This document shows positions 29,879 through 40,116 of a stretch of 64,000 nucleotides of DNA, piece after piece. Each line of letters begins with the position of its first letter. Position 1 is the stretch's first letter. The notes below the pieces were generated by a model, which had not been told where the DNA came from, made no database searches, and was given only the letters and a program-made list of their open reading frames with translations. The DNA is taken from contig CAWGYD010000001.1 in the NCBI GenBank assembly GCA_963826785.1, positions 608,001-672,000 of the forward strand, given 5' to 3'. Source of the stretch: an uncultured delta proteobacterium. GTDB lineage: Bacteria > Desulfobacterota > Desulfobacteria > Desulfobacterales > Desulfosalsimonadaceae. The translations under genes and the position numbers were made by a program.

Positions 29879-31942
29879 GTGATAGAAGCCATTCTGTTTA
29901 CCTTGGGGCTGGGCGCGACTTGCGGGATTATCCTGAGTTTTGCGTCCAAAATCTTTTATGTCTATGAAGATCCCCGGATTGCACAGGTGGAAAATTTTCT
30001 GGCCGGCGCCAACTGCGGCGGCTGCGGGTTCGCAGGATGTTCGGCGGCCGCCGATTCCATTGTCAATGGCAATGCCCCGCCAAACGCCTGCATTCTGATC
30101 GGGCCTGAAAATGTGTCTGCCATCGCCGGCATCATGGGAGCCGAGGCGGGTACCGCCGAACCCTTGAAATCTGTAAATACGTGTGCAGGCGGAAACCGGG
30201 CTGCGGACCGGTTCCATTACCTGGGGGTGGAATCGTGCAAAGCGCTTTCCGCCTTGTACGGCGGAAAACGGGAGTGCAACATCGGGTGCCTCGGTTTCGG
30301 CGACTGCGTGAAAGCCTGCGGCTTTGACGCCATTGCCATCGGTGCGGACGGCTTCCCTGTGGTCGATCGGGAAAAATGTGTGGGATGCGGTGCCTGCGAA
30401 AAGGCCTGCCCCAAGACGATCCTGGAAGTGCAGTCCATGTCCGCCCGTCTGCTCCATTTGAATGCGCAAAACGATGCGCTGGCGCCCTGCGCCCAGACCT
30501 GCCCGGCGGAAATCGATATTCCCCGGTACATCGACCATATCCGCAAGGGAGAATACGATGCGGCAGTGGATACCATCCGGGAGAGAAACCCCTTGCTGCT
30601 GGCCTGCGGCCGGGTGTGCCCCCATCCCTGTGAAAGCTTCTGCCGCCGCAGCATCGAGGATGAACCGGTTTCCATCAATCAGTTGAAGCGCTTTGTCGCC
30701 GATTACGAAATGAATTCGGGCAAGCGCATCCCCATTCCCTGCGCGCCGGACACCGGAAAACGGGTGGCTGTCATCGGCGGCGGCCCCGCTGGACTGAGTT
30801 GCGCCTACTTTCTGAGACGGGCCGGCCACCATCCCGAAATATTTGAAGCCATGCCCAAGCTGGGCGGCATGCTGCGCTATGGAATTCCCGAGTACCGGCT
30901 TCCCAAGAAAACCCTGGACTGGGAAATCCAGGGCATCCTGAACCTGGGGATCGATCATCATACCAATGTGCGCCTGGGCGTTGATTTTGATTTCAAGTCG
31001 CTGATCGCGGCCGGATTCGACGCGGTATTTTTCTCCATCGGCGCCTGGAACGATTACAAGCTGAATATCCCCGGCGAAGAAATGGAAGGCTGTTTTACCG
31101 GCATCAGCTTCCTGGCGAAAATGGGGAACAACGAGCCGGTACAGATCGGAAAACGGGTGGCCGTCATCGGGGGCGGCAACACCGCCATCGACTGCGCCCG
31201 GACCCTGGTGCGCAAAGGGTGTGAAAAGGTGTACCTGGTCTACCGGCGAACCCGCAAGGAAATGCCGGCCAATGAGGTGGAAATCGTCGCCGCGGATCAC
31301 GAAGGAATCGAATTCGTCTTTCTGGCCGCACCCAACCGGGTGATCGGAAACGCGGACAACCAGGTAACCGGCCTGGAATACCTGAAAATGGAACTGGGCG
31401 AACCGGACGCCAGCGGGCGCCGCCGGCCGGTGCCGGTGGAAGGTTCCGAAACCGTGCTCGATGTGGAAATGATCGTTACCGCCATCGGCCAGTCCCCGGA
31501 TATCGCGTTTAAAGGGCAGGGCGACCGCGTGGATGATCTCAAGATCACCCGATGGAATACCTTTGAGGTGGACCGGGCCACCTGCCAGACCAACGTTCCT
31601 TATATCTTTGCCGCCGGCGACTCCGCCACGGGCCCCGCCCTGGTGGTGGACGCCATCGGCGGGGGCAGGAAGGCCGCCCGCTCCATGGACCAGTTCCTGA
31701 GGGGAAAACCGGTGGCCGCTCAGCCCGACGCCATTTTGAACAAGCAGATTCCCGAAACCCTGTTCTCATCCGTTGCCGGAATCACCCCGAAGAAGCGGAC
31801 CGAGATGCCCGAGTTGCCGGTATCTGAGCGAATTCATACCTTTGAGGAAGTCGATCTGGTGATTACCGAAGCCGATGCCCGGCGAGAATCAGAAAGATGC
31901 CTGAACTGCTGCCGGCTCTGCTACAACCCGGACGCAGCCTGA
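29879..31942 (+). CDS. rnfB: RnfB fused to a GltD/NfnB-like FAD/NAD(P)H oxidoreductase
   Basis: N-terminal TM, ANCGGCGFAGC, CLGFGDCVKAC, CVGCGACEKACP; then CAQTCP, CGRVCPHPCE, GGGPAG, GGGNTAID, YRRTR, FAAGD, RCLNC. Confidence 0.93.
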   Translation: MIEAILFTLGLGATCGIILSFASKIFYVYEDPRIAQVENFLAGANCGGCGFAGCSAAADSIVNGNAPPNACILIGPENVSAIAGIMGAEAGTAEPLKSVNTCAGGNRAADRFHYLGVESCKALSALYGGKRECNIGCLGFGDCVKACGFDAIAIGADGFPVVDREKCVGCGACEKACPKTILEVQSMSARLLHLNAQNDALAPCAQTCPAEIDIPRYIDHIRKGEYDAAVDTIRERNPLLLACGRVCPHPCESFCRRSIEDEPVSINQLKRFVADYEMNSGKRIPIPCAPDTGKRVAVIGGGPAGLSCAYFLRRAGHHPEIFEAMPKLGGMLRYGIPEYRLPKKTLDWEIQGILNLGIDHHTNVRLGVDFDFKSLIAAGFDAVFFSIGAWNDYKLNIPGEEMEGCFTGISFLAKMGNNEPVQIGKRVAVIGGGNTAIDCARTLVRKGCEKVYLVYRRTRKEMPANEVEIVAADHEGIEFVFLAAPNRVIGNADNQVTGLEYLKMELGEPDASGRRRPVPVEGSETVLDVEMIVTAIGQSPDIAFKGQGDRVDDLKITRWNTFEVDRATCQTNVPYIFAAGDSATGPALVVDAIGGGRKAARSMDQFLRGKPVAAQPDAILNKQIPETLFSSVAGITPKKRTEMPELPVSERIHTFEEVDLVITEADARRESERCLNCCRLCYNPDAA

Positions 31943-31995
31943 TCTTTGAGTTTATGCCCCGCACCTGTTTGCGGTTTCAAAAATCCAAATTTGCT

Positions 31996-32040
31996 AAAAA
32001 AAAGCACCTGTCGAAACATGTTTCGGCAGGTGCTTTTTTT
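31996..32040 (+). terminator. Rho-independent terminator of the rnf operon (bidirectional type)
   Basis: A-tract, gcacctgtcgaaa / tttcggcaggtgc stem, T7 tail. Confidence 0.9.
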
Positions 32041-32192
32041 ATGCTTTTGCAAAGCGATCCCGGGCTTTACAAGTCGGCTGAATTGGTCTAAATTAAATGT
32101 CTACGCATGGTGCGACATGGGTTGAAATGGATGCACCCGGATCCGCTTAGCCTGATGGACCGTGCATGACTTTTAAGTGACTGGCGGAAACC

Positions 32193-33155
32193 ATGCCTGA
32201 AAAAACGCCCCTTGAATTTCTGCACTGGAAGCATGAACTGGAAAATGAACTGGCATCCGGCAGCTGCCTCATCGACACCCCGAAGGGTCCGATCGAATAT
32301 GCCATCCGGGGAGACCGGGGGCCGGTGGTTGTGGGTGAACACGGCGGACCCGGCGGGTATGACCAGGTTTTTGCCATATGGCCCCATTTGCCGGAAGAAG
32401 GATTCAGGCTGCTCTCCTGGTCCCGGCCCGGGTATCTGCGGACCCCGATCACGGTGGGGCGGACATATCCGGAACAGGCAGATGCGCTGTCCGCCTTGCT
32501 GGATGCCCTCCATATCGATCAGGCCGCGATTCTCGGCTTTTCCGCCGGAGGTACTGCCGCCATGTCCTTCGCCCTGGCATATCCAGACCGGGTATGGGCG
32601 CTCATTCTGGAAAGCGCGGTCAGCCTCGAGTACGAACTGGTGGGCCACAGCATGCGGGAGTCTGACTTTTTCACGCGGTTGGCATTCAACGATCCCGCCA
32701 TCTGGCTTTACGAAAAACTGGCGGAATATCTGCCGGACATGGCGTTAAAAGCGCTGGTGGCCATGGAAAGCACCCTTCACCATCAGGAAGCCCGGCGGGT
32801 ACTGACACACATCCTGCAGGACCCTGAAAAAGTCGATATCCTGATGAACCTGATCCGGTCCATGTCGCCCATCAGCATCAGAAGAGAGGGCCTCGAAAAT
32901 GATCTGGAGCAGCTTAAATACGCCGGCGCACTTCCCATTCACCGGATTTTGGCCCCCACGACGATTTTCCACGGGACCAAAGACGGTGATGTCTCCTTTG
33001 AGCATGCCACTCATATTGCAGACGCGATTGTAGGCGCTGAACTGTGCCCGGTGGAAGGCGGCTTTCACATTCTGGCACTGTCCGACAGCGCGGATGAAAT
33101 TGCTGAAAAGCGCCTCAGTGCGCTGCGGCAACATCAGCCGCCTGCCCAAAAGTAG
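32193..33155 (+). CDS. Alpha/beta hydrolase
   Basis: HGGPGG oxyanion motif, SRPGY, GFSAGG nucleophile elbow, HGTKD, GGFH. Confidence 0.9.
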   Translation: MPEKTPLEFLHWKHELENELASGSCLIDTPKGPIEYAIRGDRGPVVVGEHGGPGGYDQVFAIWPHLPEEGFRLLSWSRPGYLRTPITVGRTYPEQADALSALLDALHIDQAAILGFSAGGTAAMSFALAYPDRVWALILESAVSLEYELVGHSMRESDFFTRLAFNDPAIWLYEKLAEYLPDMALKALVAMESTLHHQEARRVLTHILQDPEKVDILMNLIRSMSPISIRREGLENDLEQLKYAGALPIHRILAPTTIFHGTKDGDVSFEHATHIADAIVGAELCPVEGGFHILALSDSADEIAEKRLSALRQHQPPAQK

Positions 33156-33253
33156 GATAACTTTCGCCCTTGGAAAGGCTTATCCGATCATAAAATGACC
33201 AATGAAGAATGCAAACATCATCTGATAACCTGTCACTGAAGGGGAATTGAACT

Positions 33254-33832
33254 GTGCTGTCCGATGATAAGAAACGAAAGCAGGTCGAGCACCGGATTGC
33301 GGAACTGAGCCGTCAGGTGGGAGAAATGGACAACAAGATCAGAGCCTACCTGGCGGATCGGCAGCGGCAGCCGCATCCGCGCCATCTGGAGTTTATCCAG
33401 AAAGTTCAGAATTTTCACATCACGCCCGATGTAACGAACCGGCATCTGGAAACATTGCTGGATAACCTGCAATGGAAAGTTTATTATCATCAACGATCGT
33501 GGAAGCAGTTGTGGGAGAATTCCGAATCTGCCAGAAATATGCCGCCGCCGGCATCCCCTGAACCCAGGCCGCCTTCTGTCGACGCTGCGTCGCGTCCGGA
33601 CGAATCATCGTCTTCCCAGTACTCCATCGACAACCTGTGGGAAATCCAGAAGGAAAAGCTCCGGAATTATGGGATTGATACGGTGGATGAGTCCAAGTCT
33701 CAATTCAAGAAGCGTATGATTTCCGAGTATAGGAAACTCAATCAGTCCAAAGCAGCCGGACAGGAAATCGTGATGTCCTTTGACCGGGAGGAGAAGAAAT
33801 GCCGGTTGGAGATAAAGAATAACAAGAACTGA
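33254..33832 (+). CDS. Hypothetical protein: two helical domains joined by a Pro/Ser linker
   Basis: 192-aa ORF after GAAGGGG; coiled-coil N-terminus; PPPASPEPRPP linker. Confidence 0.7.
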   Translation: MLSDDKKRKQVEHRIAELSRQVGEMDNKIRAYLADRQRQPHPRHLEFIQKVQNFHITPDVTNRHLETLLDNLQWKVYYHQRSWKQLWENSESARNMPPPASPEPRPPSVDAASRPDESSSSQYSIDNLWEIQKEKLRNYGIDTVDESKSQFKKRMISEYRKLNQSKAAGQEIVMSFDREEKKCRLEIKNNKN

Positions 33833-33837
33833 CAGGA

Positions 33838-34818
33838 CTATTCAAGTGCTTCGAACTGCTCCCGGAATGCGGTCATGTCGGGGGGGAGCGGGGCGGTAAA
33901 GCGCATGCGGCTGCCGGTTTCCGGATGGGTGAATTCAATCTGCCAGGCATGCAGCAGGTGCCGGGATACGGTGCGGATCAGGGCGGCGGCGTGTGGATGA
34001 TCCTTGAAACGAAGCAAGGGCCTTTTTGGGCCATAGAGCGAATCGCCCACGATGGGGTTCCCGATGGCCGCGCAGTGGACCCGGATCTGGTGGGTTCGTC
34101 CGGTTTTCAAGTCAAATTCCGCCAGGGTGATCCCCGGATATCGCCGGGCCACCCGAAAACACGTGACCGCCTGCCGGGCATTTGACGAGACCGCCACGGC
34201 CGTCATTTTTTTGCGGTCACGATCATGCCGTCCCACGGGCAGGCGAATGCAGCCGTCCTCTTCAGAAAACGCCCCGAAGACAAAACCGAGATACGTCTTT
34301 TTAACGGACCGGTCTTTGAATTGCCGTATCAGGTGGTGATATGCCGAATCGGTTCGGGCCACCACCAGGAGTCCGGATGTATCCCTGTCCAGGCGATGCA
34401 CGATGCCAGGGCGGAAATCATCGGGAGTTTGCAAGGCGGCACCCGGATAATAATGGCGCAGCGCATTGGCCAGGGTCCCGCTCAAGTGGCCGGGGGATGG
34501 ATGAACCACCATTCCGGGCGCTTTGTTGATGACCAGGATATCATGATCTTCATGGACGATATCCAAGGGGAGCGGCTCCGGGATCAGTTCAAACGGGGCG
34601 GATGCGGGGATTTCCCCTGAAACCAGGTCTCCGGTCCGGACCCGGTACCCGGGCTTCCTATGCGTATTGCCCGCCTGGACAATGCCGTCCCGGATCAATC
34701 GGGTGGCGATGCTTCGGGATAATTCCGGAAATTGTCTGGCAATGAGGAAATCGAGCCGCATGCCGGCGTCCTGTTCTGTGACAGGAAACGAAAATGAAAA
34801 CGGGTCGCTTGCGGGCAT
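33838..34818 (-). CDS. rluD: RluA-family pseudouridine synthase with S4 domain (RluD-like)
   Basis: MRLD S4 start, NKAPGMVVHP, GIVHRLDRDTSG, TGRTHQIRVH, GDSLYG, LHA. Confidence 0.92.
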   Translation of the reverse strand: MPASDPFSFSFPVTEQDAGMRLDFLIARQFPELSRSIATRLIRDGIVQAGNTHRKPGYRVRTGDLVSGEIPASAPFELIPEPLPLDIVHEDHDILVINKAPGMVVHPSPGHLSGTLANALRHYYPGAALQTPDDFRPGIVHRLDRDTSGLLVVARTDSAYHHLIRQFKDRSVKKTYLGFVFGAFSEEDGCIRLPVGRHDRDRKKMTAVAVSSNARQAVTCFRVARRYPGITLAEFDLKTGRTHQIRVHCAAIGNPIVGDSLYGPKRPLLRFKDHPHAAALIRTVSRHLLHAWQIEFTHPETGSRMRFTAPLPPDMTAFREQFEALE

Positions 34819-34829
34819 GCGCCAATCGA

Positions 34830-35381
34830 TTACTGTTCGGTCGGATCAGGGCATGGAAACAGGGCTTCGATTTCAGTCCACACGATGGATTCGTCGGCAT
34901 TTCTGGCGGTGCAAAGTTCCTTCAGCAGCAGTCCCCGTGCGGTATCCAGCAGCTTGCGCTCGCCAAATGACAGATCCTTGACCTGCTTTAACAGGAACAG
35001 ATCCCGGAATACTTCCGCCACATCATATAGCGACCCGGTCTTGATCTTGTCCATGTACTCCTTGTACCGCCGGTTCCAGGTCTGATTATCGAAGATGTCC
35101 TCCTTTTTACGGGTCAGCACCGCATAGATATCGGGGATTTTATCTTCTTCAATGATGGTGCGCAGTCCCACGGATTCGACGTTTGAAGTGGGGATCATGA
35201 TGACCATGCTGTTTTCGAAAATCTTTAAGATATAGAACTCATGCTTGTCGCCGTTGATGGTACGGCTTTCGATCGATTCAATCCGTCCCACGCCATGGGC
35301 CGGGTACACGGCCAGATCACCCACCTGAAATGTCTTGATCAAGGGCCTCTCAAATTCGCTTTGTTTTGCTTTTCTCGCCAT
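34830..35381 (-). CDS. carD: CarD/CdnL-family RNA polymerase-binding regulator
   Basis: FQVGDLAVYPAHGVGRI, QTWNRRY, LSFGERKLLD. Confidence 0.93.
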   Translation of the reverse strand: MARKAKQSEFERPLIKTFQVGDLAVYPAHGVGRIESIESRTINGDKHEFYILKIFENSMVIMIPTSNVESVGLRTIIEEDKIPDIYAVLTRKKEDIFDNQTWNRRYKEYMDKIKTGSLYDVAEVFRDLFLLKQVKDLSFGERKLLDTARGLLLKELCTARNADESIVWTEIEALFPCPDPTEQ

Positions 35382-35463
35382 TATCATACACCAATGAAAA
35401 ATTAAAAATCAGGAAATATAACCTAAAAAATACAAAATATCATTAATTTTATTTTTAATCAAC

Positions 35464-35500
35464 AAAAAAAGGGGGCCGGTGGATGAACCACCGGCCCCCT
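35464..35500 (-). terminator. Rho-independent terminator after hppA
   Basis: gggggccggtgg / ccaccggccccc 12-bp stem with U tract on the minus strand. Confidence 0.9.
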
Positions 35501-35531
35501 TCAGGGGGTAAATTGCTGTATTAAATATTGA

Positions 35532-37571
35532 TTACAGCAGGAACGGCACCATCAGCAGGGCCACCACGTTTAGGATCTTGATCATCGGGTTGATGGCCGG
35601 GCCGGCGGTATCCTTGTAGGGATCGCCGACGGTGTCGCCGGTTACCGCGGCCTTGTGGGCATCGCTGCCCTTGCCGCCGAAGAAACCGTCTTCAATGTAT
35701 TTCTTGGCATTATCCCAGGCAGCGCCGCCGGTGGTCATGGAGATGGCGACGAACAGACCGGTGATGATGCTGCCGATCAGCAGTCCGCCCAGGGCGACTT
35801 TGCCCAGGAGGAAGCCCACCAGAAGCGGAGCCGCTACCGGCAGCAGGGCCGGAACCAGCATTTCCTTGAGTGCAAACCGGGTCACCAGGTCCACGCAGGC
35901 GCCGTAGTCGGGTTTGGCGGTGCCTTCCATGATGCCGGGGATTTCCCGGAACTGACGGCGAACTTCGTCCACCACCGCGCCGCCGGCCTTGCCGACTGCG
36001 CTCATGGCCATCGAGCCGAAGAGGAAGGGCAGCAGGCCGCCGATGAACAGGCCGATGATGACGTTGACGTTGCTCAGGTCAAATGTGATCTTGGCAGCGC
36101 CTTCGCCACCGCGGAGAGCAAACTCCTGGGTGTAGCAGGCAAACAGAACCAGGGCGGCCAGACCGGCGGAGCCGATGGCATAACCCTTGGTGACGGCCTT
36201 GGTGGTATTGCCGACCGCATCCAGGGGATCGGTCACGGCGCGAACGGATTCATCCATTCCGGCCATTTCGGCGATGCCGCCGGCGTTGTCGGTGATGGGG
36301 CCGTAAGCGTCAATGGCAATGACCATACCCGTCATGGACAGCATGGAAACCGCGGCGATGGCGATGCCGTAAAGGCCGGCGAAATGATGGGCCAGGCCGA
36401 TGGCCAGGCAGATGGTCAGAACCGGCGCTGCGGTCGACTGAAGGCTGACGGCCAGACCGGCAATGATGTTGGTGCCGTGACCGGTGGTGGAGGCTTCGGC
36501 AATCCGCTTCACCGGGCCGAAGATGCCCGTATAGTACTCGGTGATGATAACGATCAGCACGGTGAGCACCAGACCGATCAGGGATGAATAGAAAATATTG
36601 ATCGCGGTGATGCCGTTAAAGTCCGTGATGGTTCTCATGGTGACGAAGTAAAAAGCAACAGCCGCGATAATGGCTGCGCCGAACATCCCCTTGTACAGGG
36701 CGCCCATGATGTACTCGCTTTTGCCCAGGCGGACAAAGGCGATGGCGACGATGGAGGCGATAATGGAGATGGCGCCCAGGAGCAGCGGGTAATATACGGC
36801 CATGTCATTTGCCGGGAACAAAAGGTGTCCCAGGAGCATGGCGGCCACTGTGGTCACCGCATAGGTTTCAAACAGGTCCGCTGCCATACCGGCGCAGTCG
36901 CCCACGTTGTCGCCCACGTTGTCGGCGATGGTGGCCGGGTTTCTCGGATCGTCTTCGGGAATGCCCGCTTCCACTTTTCCCACCAGGTCAGCACCGACGT
37001 CGGCGCCTTTGGTGAAGATACCGCCGCCCAGACGGGCGAAGATGGAAATCAAGCTGCCGCCGAAACCAAGAGCCACCAGCGCCAAAACCGCATCCTGCAG
37101 CGGGGTGCCGTACTTCAGCAGCAGGGTGAAGTATCCTGCCACCGAGGTCAGCGCCAGGCCCGCTACCAGCATGCCGGTGACGGAACCGCCCTTGAATGCC
37201 AGGCTCAGTCCTGCTGCCAGACCGTCCTTGGCGGCTTCAGCCGTACGCACATTGGCGATGACGGACACCCGCATGCCGATGTAGCCGGCCGCAAAAGACG
37301 CCAGCGCGCCCACCGCGAAACCGACGGCGGTTTTGGGGCCCATCGTGAAGAAAATAACCACGAAAATGACCGCGCCGACAATGCCCATGCTCTTGGCCTG
37401 ACGTTTCAGGTAGGCAATGGCGCCTTCCTGAATGGCCGAGGCGATCTGTACCATTTTTTCCGTTCCGGTGGGCTTGCCTTTGATAATGGTGGCGACCACC
37501 AGGGAATACAGGATTCCCAGGACGCCGACCAGCGTGCAAGTCAACGGAATGTTTGACAATACTTCTTGCAT
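35532..37571 (-). CDS. hppA: Membrane-bound pyrophosphatase, probably K+-independent H+-pumping
   Basis: [35 protein letters not shown] (Lys at the K+-determinant), [11 protein letters not shown]. Confidence 0.97.
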   Translation of the reverse strand: MQEVLSNIPLTCTLVGVLGILYSLVVATIIKGKPTGTEKMVQIASAIQEGAIAYLKRQAKSMGIVGAVIFVVIFFTMGPKTAVGFAVGALASFAAGYIGMRVSVIANVRTAEAAKDGLAAGLSLAFKGGSVTGMLVAGLALTSVAGYFTLLLKYGTPLQDAVLALVALGFGGSLISIFARLGGGIFTKGADVGADLVGKVEAGIPEDDPRNPATIADNVGDNVGDCAGMAADLFETYAVTTVAAMLLGHLLFPANDMAVYYPLLLGAISIIASIVAIAFVRLGKSEYIMGALYKGMFGAAIIAAVAFYFVTMRTITDFNGITAINIFYSSLIGLVLTVLIVIITEYYTGIFGPVKRIAEASTTGHGTNIIAGLAVSLQSTAAPVLTICLAIGLAHHFAGLYGIAIAAVSMLSMTGMVIAIDAYGPITDNAGGIAEMAGMDESVRAVTDPLDAVGNTTKAVTKGYAIGSAGLAALVLFACYTQEFALRGGEGAAKITFDLSNVNVIIGLFIGGLLPFLFGSMAMSAVGKAGGAVVDEVRRQFREIPGIMEGTAKPDYGACVDLVTRFALKEMLVPALLPVAAPLLVGFLLGKVALGGLLIGSIITGLFVAISMTTGGAAWDNAKKYIEDGFFGGKGSDAHKAAVTGDTVGDPYKDTAGPAINPMIKILNVVALLMVPFLL

Positions 37572-37604
37572 GTCTTCCTCCCTACGATTAAAAGTTGAAA
37601 CAAG

Positions 37605-38177
37605 TTAGTTAAAACGGTTCATACCCGTACGAATTCCGTGGGTCAGTATGATAACTGCGGCATCCACAGCCGTGTTTAATACCTCCTCCGTCACCGCTTT
37701 TTCCTGTGCGGAAATTTTGCCCAGAACATAATCCGCGGCATCCATTTCCGCCGGGGGACGGCCGACGCCGAGGCGGATGCGGGGAAAATCACCGCTTCCC
37801 AAGGCGTCGATGATTGATTTTAACCCGTTGTGTCCTCCGTGGCCTCCTTTCATTTTGATTTTAATTTGTCCAGAATGGATATCAATATCATCATGTATGA
37901 CCAGTATCCGGTCTTGATTCAGTTTGAAATATCTCGCCAGCTGGGCAATGGGCGGCCCGCTTCTGTTCATGTAGGCCTCGGGCTTGGTCAGAATCACCTT
38001 GATCCCCTCGATGGTCCCGGTGCCGAACCGATTATCAAACCGGTTCTGACCGACATCGACTTGGAACTTTTCCGCCAGACGGTCGATGACCATAAATCCC
38101 AGGTTATGGCGTGTTTTTGCATATTTTCGTCCGGGATTGCCCAGACCCGCGATCATGTACCCGGATTCGAAATTCAA
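37605..38177 (-). CDS. pth: Peptidyl-tRNA hydrolase
   Basis: GLGNPG, TRHNLGF, YMNRSG, HDDID, GGHNGLKS. Confidence 0.97.
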   Translation of the reverse strand: MNFESGYMIAGLGNPGRKYAKTRHNLGFMVIDRLAEKFQVDVGQNRFDNRFGTGTIEGIKVILTKPEAYMNRSGPPIAQLARYFKLNQDRILVIHDDIDIHSGQIKIKMKGGHGGHNGLKSIIDALGSGDFPRIRLGVGRPPAEMDAADYVLGKISAQEKAVTEEVLNTAVDAAVIILTHGIRTGMNRFN

Positions 38178-38192
38178 GATTGAATGTCCGAA

Positions 38193-38837
38193 TTATTCCT
38201 CAGAGGATTCTTCTGCCGCCTCCCCGGCGCCTTCTTCCGCTATCTCTTCGCCCTCCTCGGCTTCCCCTTCTTCACGCCTTGGGCTGACCACGGTGACGAC
38301 GGTGAAATTCACGTCAAACAGAATTTCAACCTCGCCGGGAACGGTAATCTCTTCCACGTGAATCGAATCGCCAATTTCCAGGTTGGTGATGTCGATCTCG
38401 ATCTGCTGCGGGATCTGGGTGGGCAGGCAGGCCACTTCGAGTTCCCGCCGGATAATCTGAAGAATGCCGCCTTCCTCAACGCCTTTTGAGGTGCCGGTGA
38501 AAACCAGGGGAATGGTGGTGGTGATCTTCTGGTCCATCTTCACTTCATAAAAATCGATGTGCAGATAGTGATGGGAGAGGGGATCGGTCTGCAGTTCCTT
38601 GATCATCACTGTCTTTTCCGACGATGTTCCGTTTTCGACCGTCAGATTGATCAGCACTTGATTGTAATTGGTCTTTTTCAGCAGCAGTTCGAGTTCATGC
38701 ATATCAACTGACAGAGGCATACTGCCCGAGGCGGAACCATAGACCACGGCAGGAATTTTTCCATCACGCCGCAGCGTTCGCGCGGTCCCTTTTCCGGTGC
38801 TTTCCCGCGCCTGTACTGTAAGTTTTTTTATATCCAA
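38193..38837 (-). CDS. rplY: 50S ribosomal protein bL25 / CTC
   Basis: LRRDGKIPAVVYG, HIDFY, LEIGDSIHV, acidic tail. Confidence 0.96.
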   Translation of the reverse strand: MDIKKLTVQARESTGKGTARTLRRDGKIPAVVYGSASGSMPLSVDMHELELLLKKTNYNQVLINLTVENGTSSEKTVMIKELQTDPLSHHYLHIDFYEVKMDQKITTTIPLVFTGTSKGVEEGGILQIIRRELEVACLPTQIPQQIEIDITNLEIGDSIHVEEITVPGEVEILFDVNFTVVTVVSPRREEGEAEEGEEIAEEGAGEAAEESSEE

Positions 38838-38865
38838 TTTTATGCCTCCAATTTCGATGGTGAAT

Positions 38866-39819
38866 TTATATGAACAACGATGTGACAGAATCTCCGGTAT
38901 GGCTCCGAAGGATGGCCTCCCCGAACAGGGAAGATATCGATAAAACCTTTAGTTTTTTACATGCCGAAGTCTTGTCGTTTAGCGGTATGGTATCGGTCGC
39001 CACCACGGTTTTCAACGGCGACTGGTTGATCCTGTCGATGGCCGGACCGGAGAGTACGGCATGGGTGCAGCAGGCGTGGACTTCATTGGCGCCGTGCTCC
39101 ATCAGCGCTTTGGCCGCTTCGGTGAGGGTGCCGGCCGTATCGGCCATGTCATCTAAAATAATGCACTTTTTCTGGTCCACATTCCCGATAACCGCCATGG
39201 CCTTGGCCTTGTTCGGGGCATCCCGCCGCTTGTCGATAATGGCCAGGCCGCAGTCAAGCCGCTTGGCAAACGCCCGCGCCCGTTCCACCCCTCCGGCATC
39301 CGGGGAGACAATGATGGTGTCGCTGGTGAAATTGTCGCGCATATATTCGATCAGCACCGGTGCGGCAAAGAGGTTGTCCACGGGAATGTCGAAAAAGCCC
39401 TGGATTTGACCGGCATGCAGGTCCATGGTGATGATCCGGTTGGCACCGGCGGTGGTGAGAAGATCGGCCACCAGCTTGGCGCTGATGGGTACCCGGGGGG
39501 CCACTTTTTTATCCTGGCGGGCATAGCCGAAATAGGGGATCACCGCGGTGATCCGCTTGGCGGAAGAGCGCTTTAAGGCGTCGATCATCAGCAGCAGTTC
39601 CACCAGATGGTCGTTTACCGGATTGCTGGTGGACTGTATAACGAAAACGTCCTTTGCGCGGACATTTTCATCGATTTCAATCTGGATTTCGCCGTCACTG
39701 AACCGTTTAACTTTCGCTCCGCCCAGATCTCTTTTCAGGTAAGCACAGATCGCTCCGGCCAGCGTCGGGTTGGAATTGCCTGAAAAGAGGATGTATCCGT
39801 TTCCCTGTATATCCATCAC
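38866..39819 (-). CDS. prs: Ribose-phosphate pyrophosphokinase
   Basis: [40 protein letters not shown]. Confidence 0.98.
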   Translation of the reverse strand: MMDIQGNGYILFSGNSNPTLAGAICAYLKRDLGGAKVKRFSDGEIQIEIDENVRAKDVFVIQSTSNPVNDHLVELLLMIDALKRSSAKRITAVIPYFGYARQDKKVAPRVPISAKLVADLLTTAGANRIITMDLHAGQIQGFFDIPVDNLFAAPVLIEYMRDNFTSDTIIVSPDAGGVERARAFAKRLDCGLAIIDKRRDAPNKAKAMAVIGNVDQKKCIILDDMADTAGTLTEAAKALMEHGANEVHACCTHAVLSGPAIDRINQSPLKTVVATDTIPLNDKTSACKKLKVLSISSLFGEAILRSHTGDSVTSLFI

Positions 39820-39846
39820 CTTGATTTCCGCACCATATGATTGGAG

Positions 39847-39921
39847 TGGCTGGGGCGGGAGGATTCGAACCTCCGAATGCAGGAACCAAAATCCTGTGTC
39901 TTGCCGCTTGACGACGCCCCA
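39847..39921 (-). tRNA. tRNA-Gln (anticodon TTG)
   Basis: Minus strand TGGGGCGTCGTCAAGCGGCAAGACACAGGATTTTGGTTCCTGCATTCGGAGGTTCGAATCCTCCCGCCCCAGCCA; cloverleaf, encoded CCA, usual ispE-tRNAGln-prs context. Confidence 0.97.
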
Positions 39922-40116
39922 ATGGGTTTATCAGCAATATGATTCCATTTTGCCTTCGGCGACCGGTGTCTTTTCCGACCGGTCCCGTCTGGAATCAAAA
40001 TGGAAATAAATCTTTGGAATTTGTGTTCCCGGCCGCCGGCGGCTTAACCGCGGGTGTGGCGGCCTCAGCAGCGCCATTCCTGCAGCCCTGACCCTCAGAT
40101 GAGCCCGAGAAGAAAA

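Noticed and set aside
39847..39921. tRNA as a possible integration site
   Set aside because: No integrase, no duplicated 3' end, intact ispE-tRNA-prs synteny
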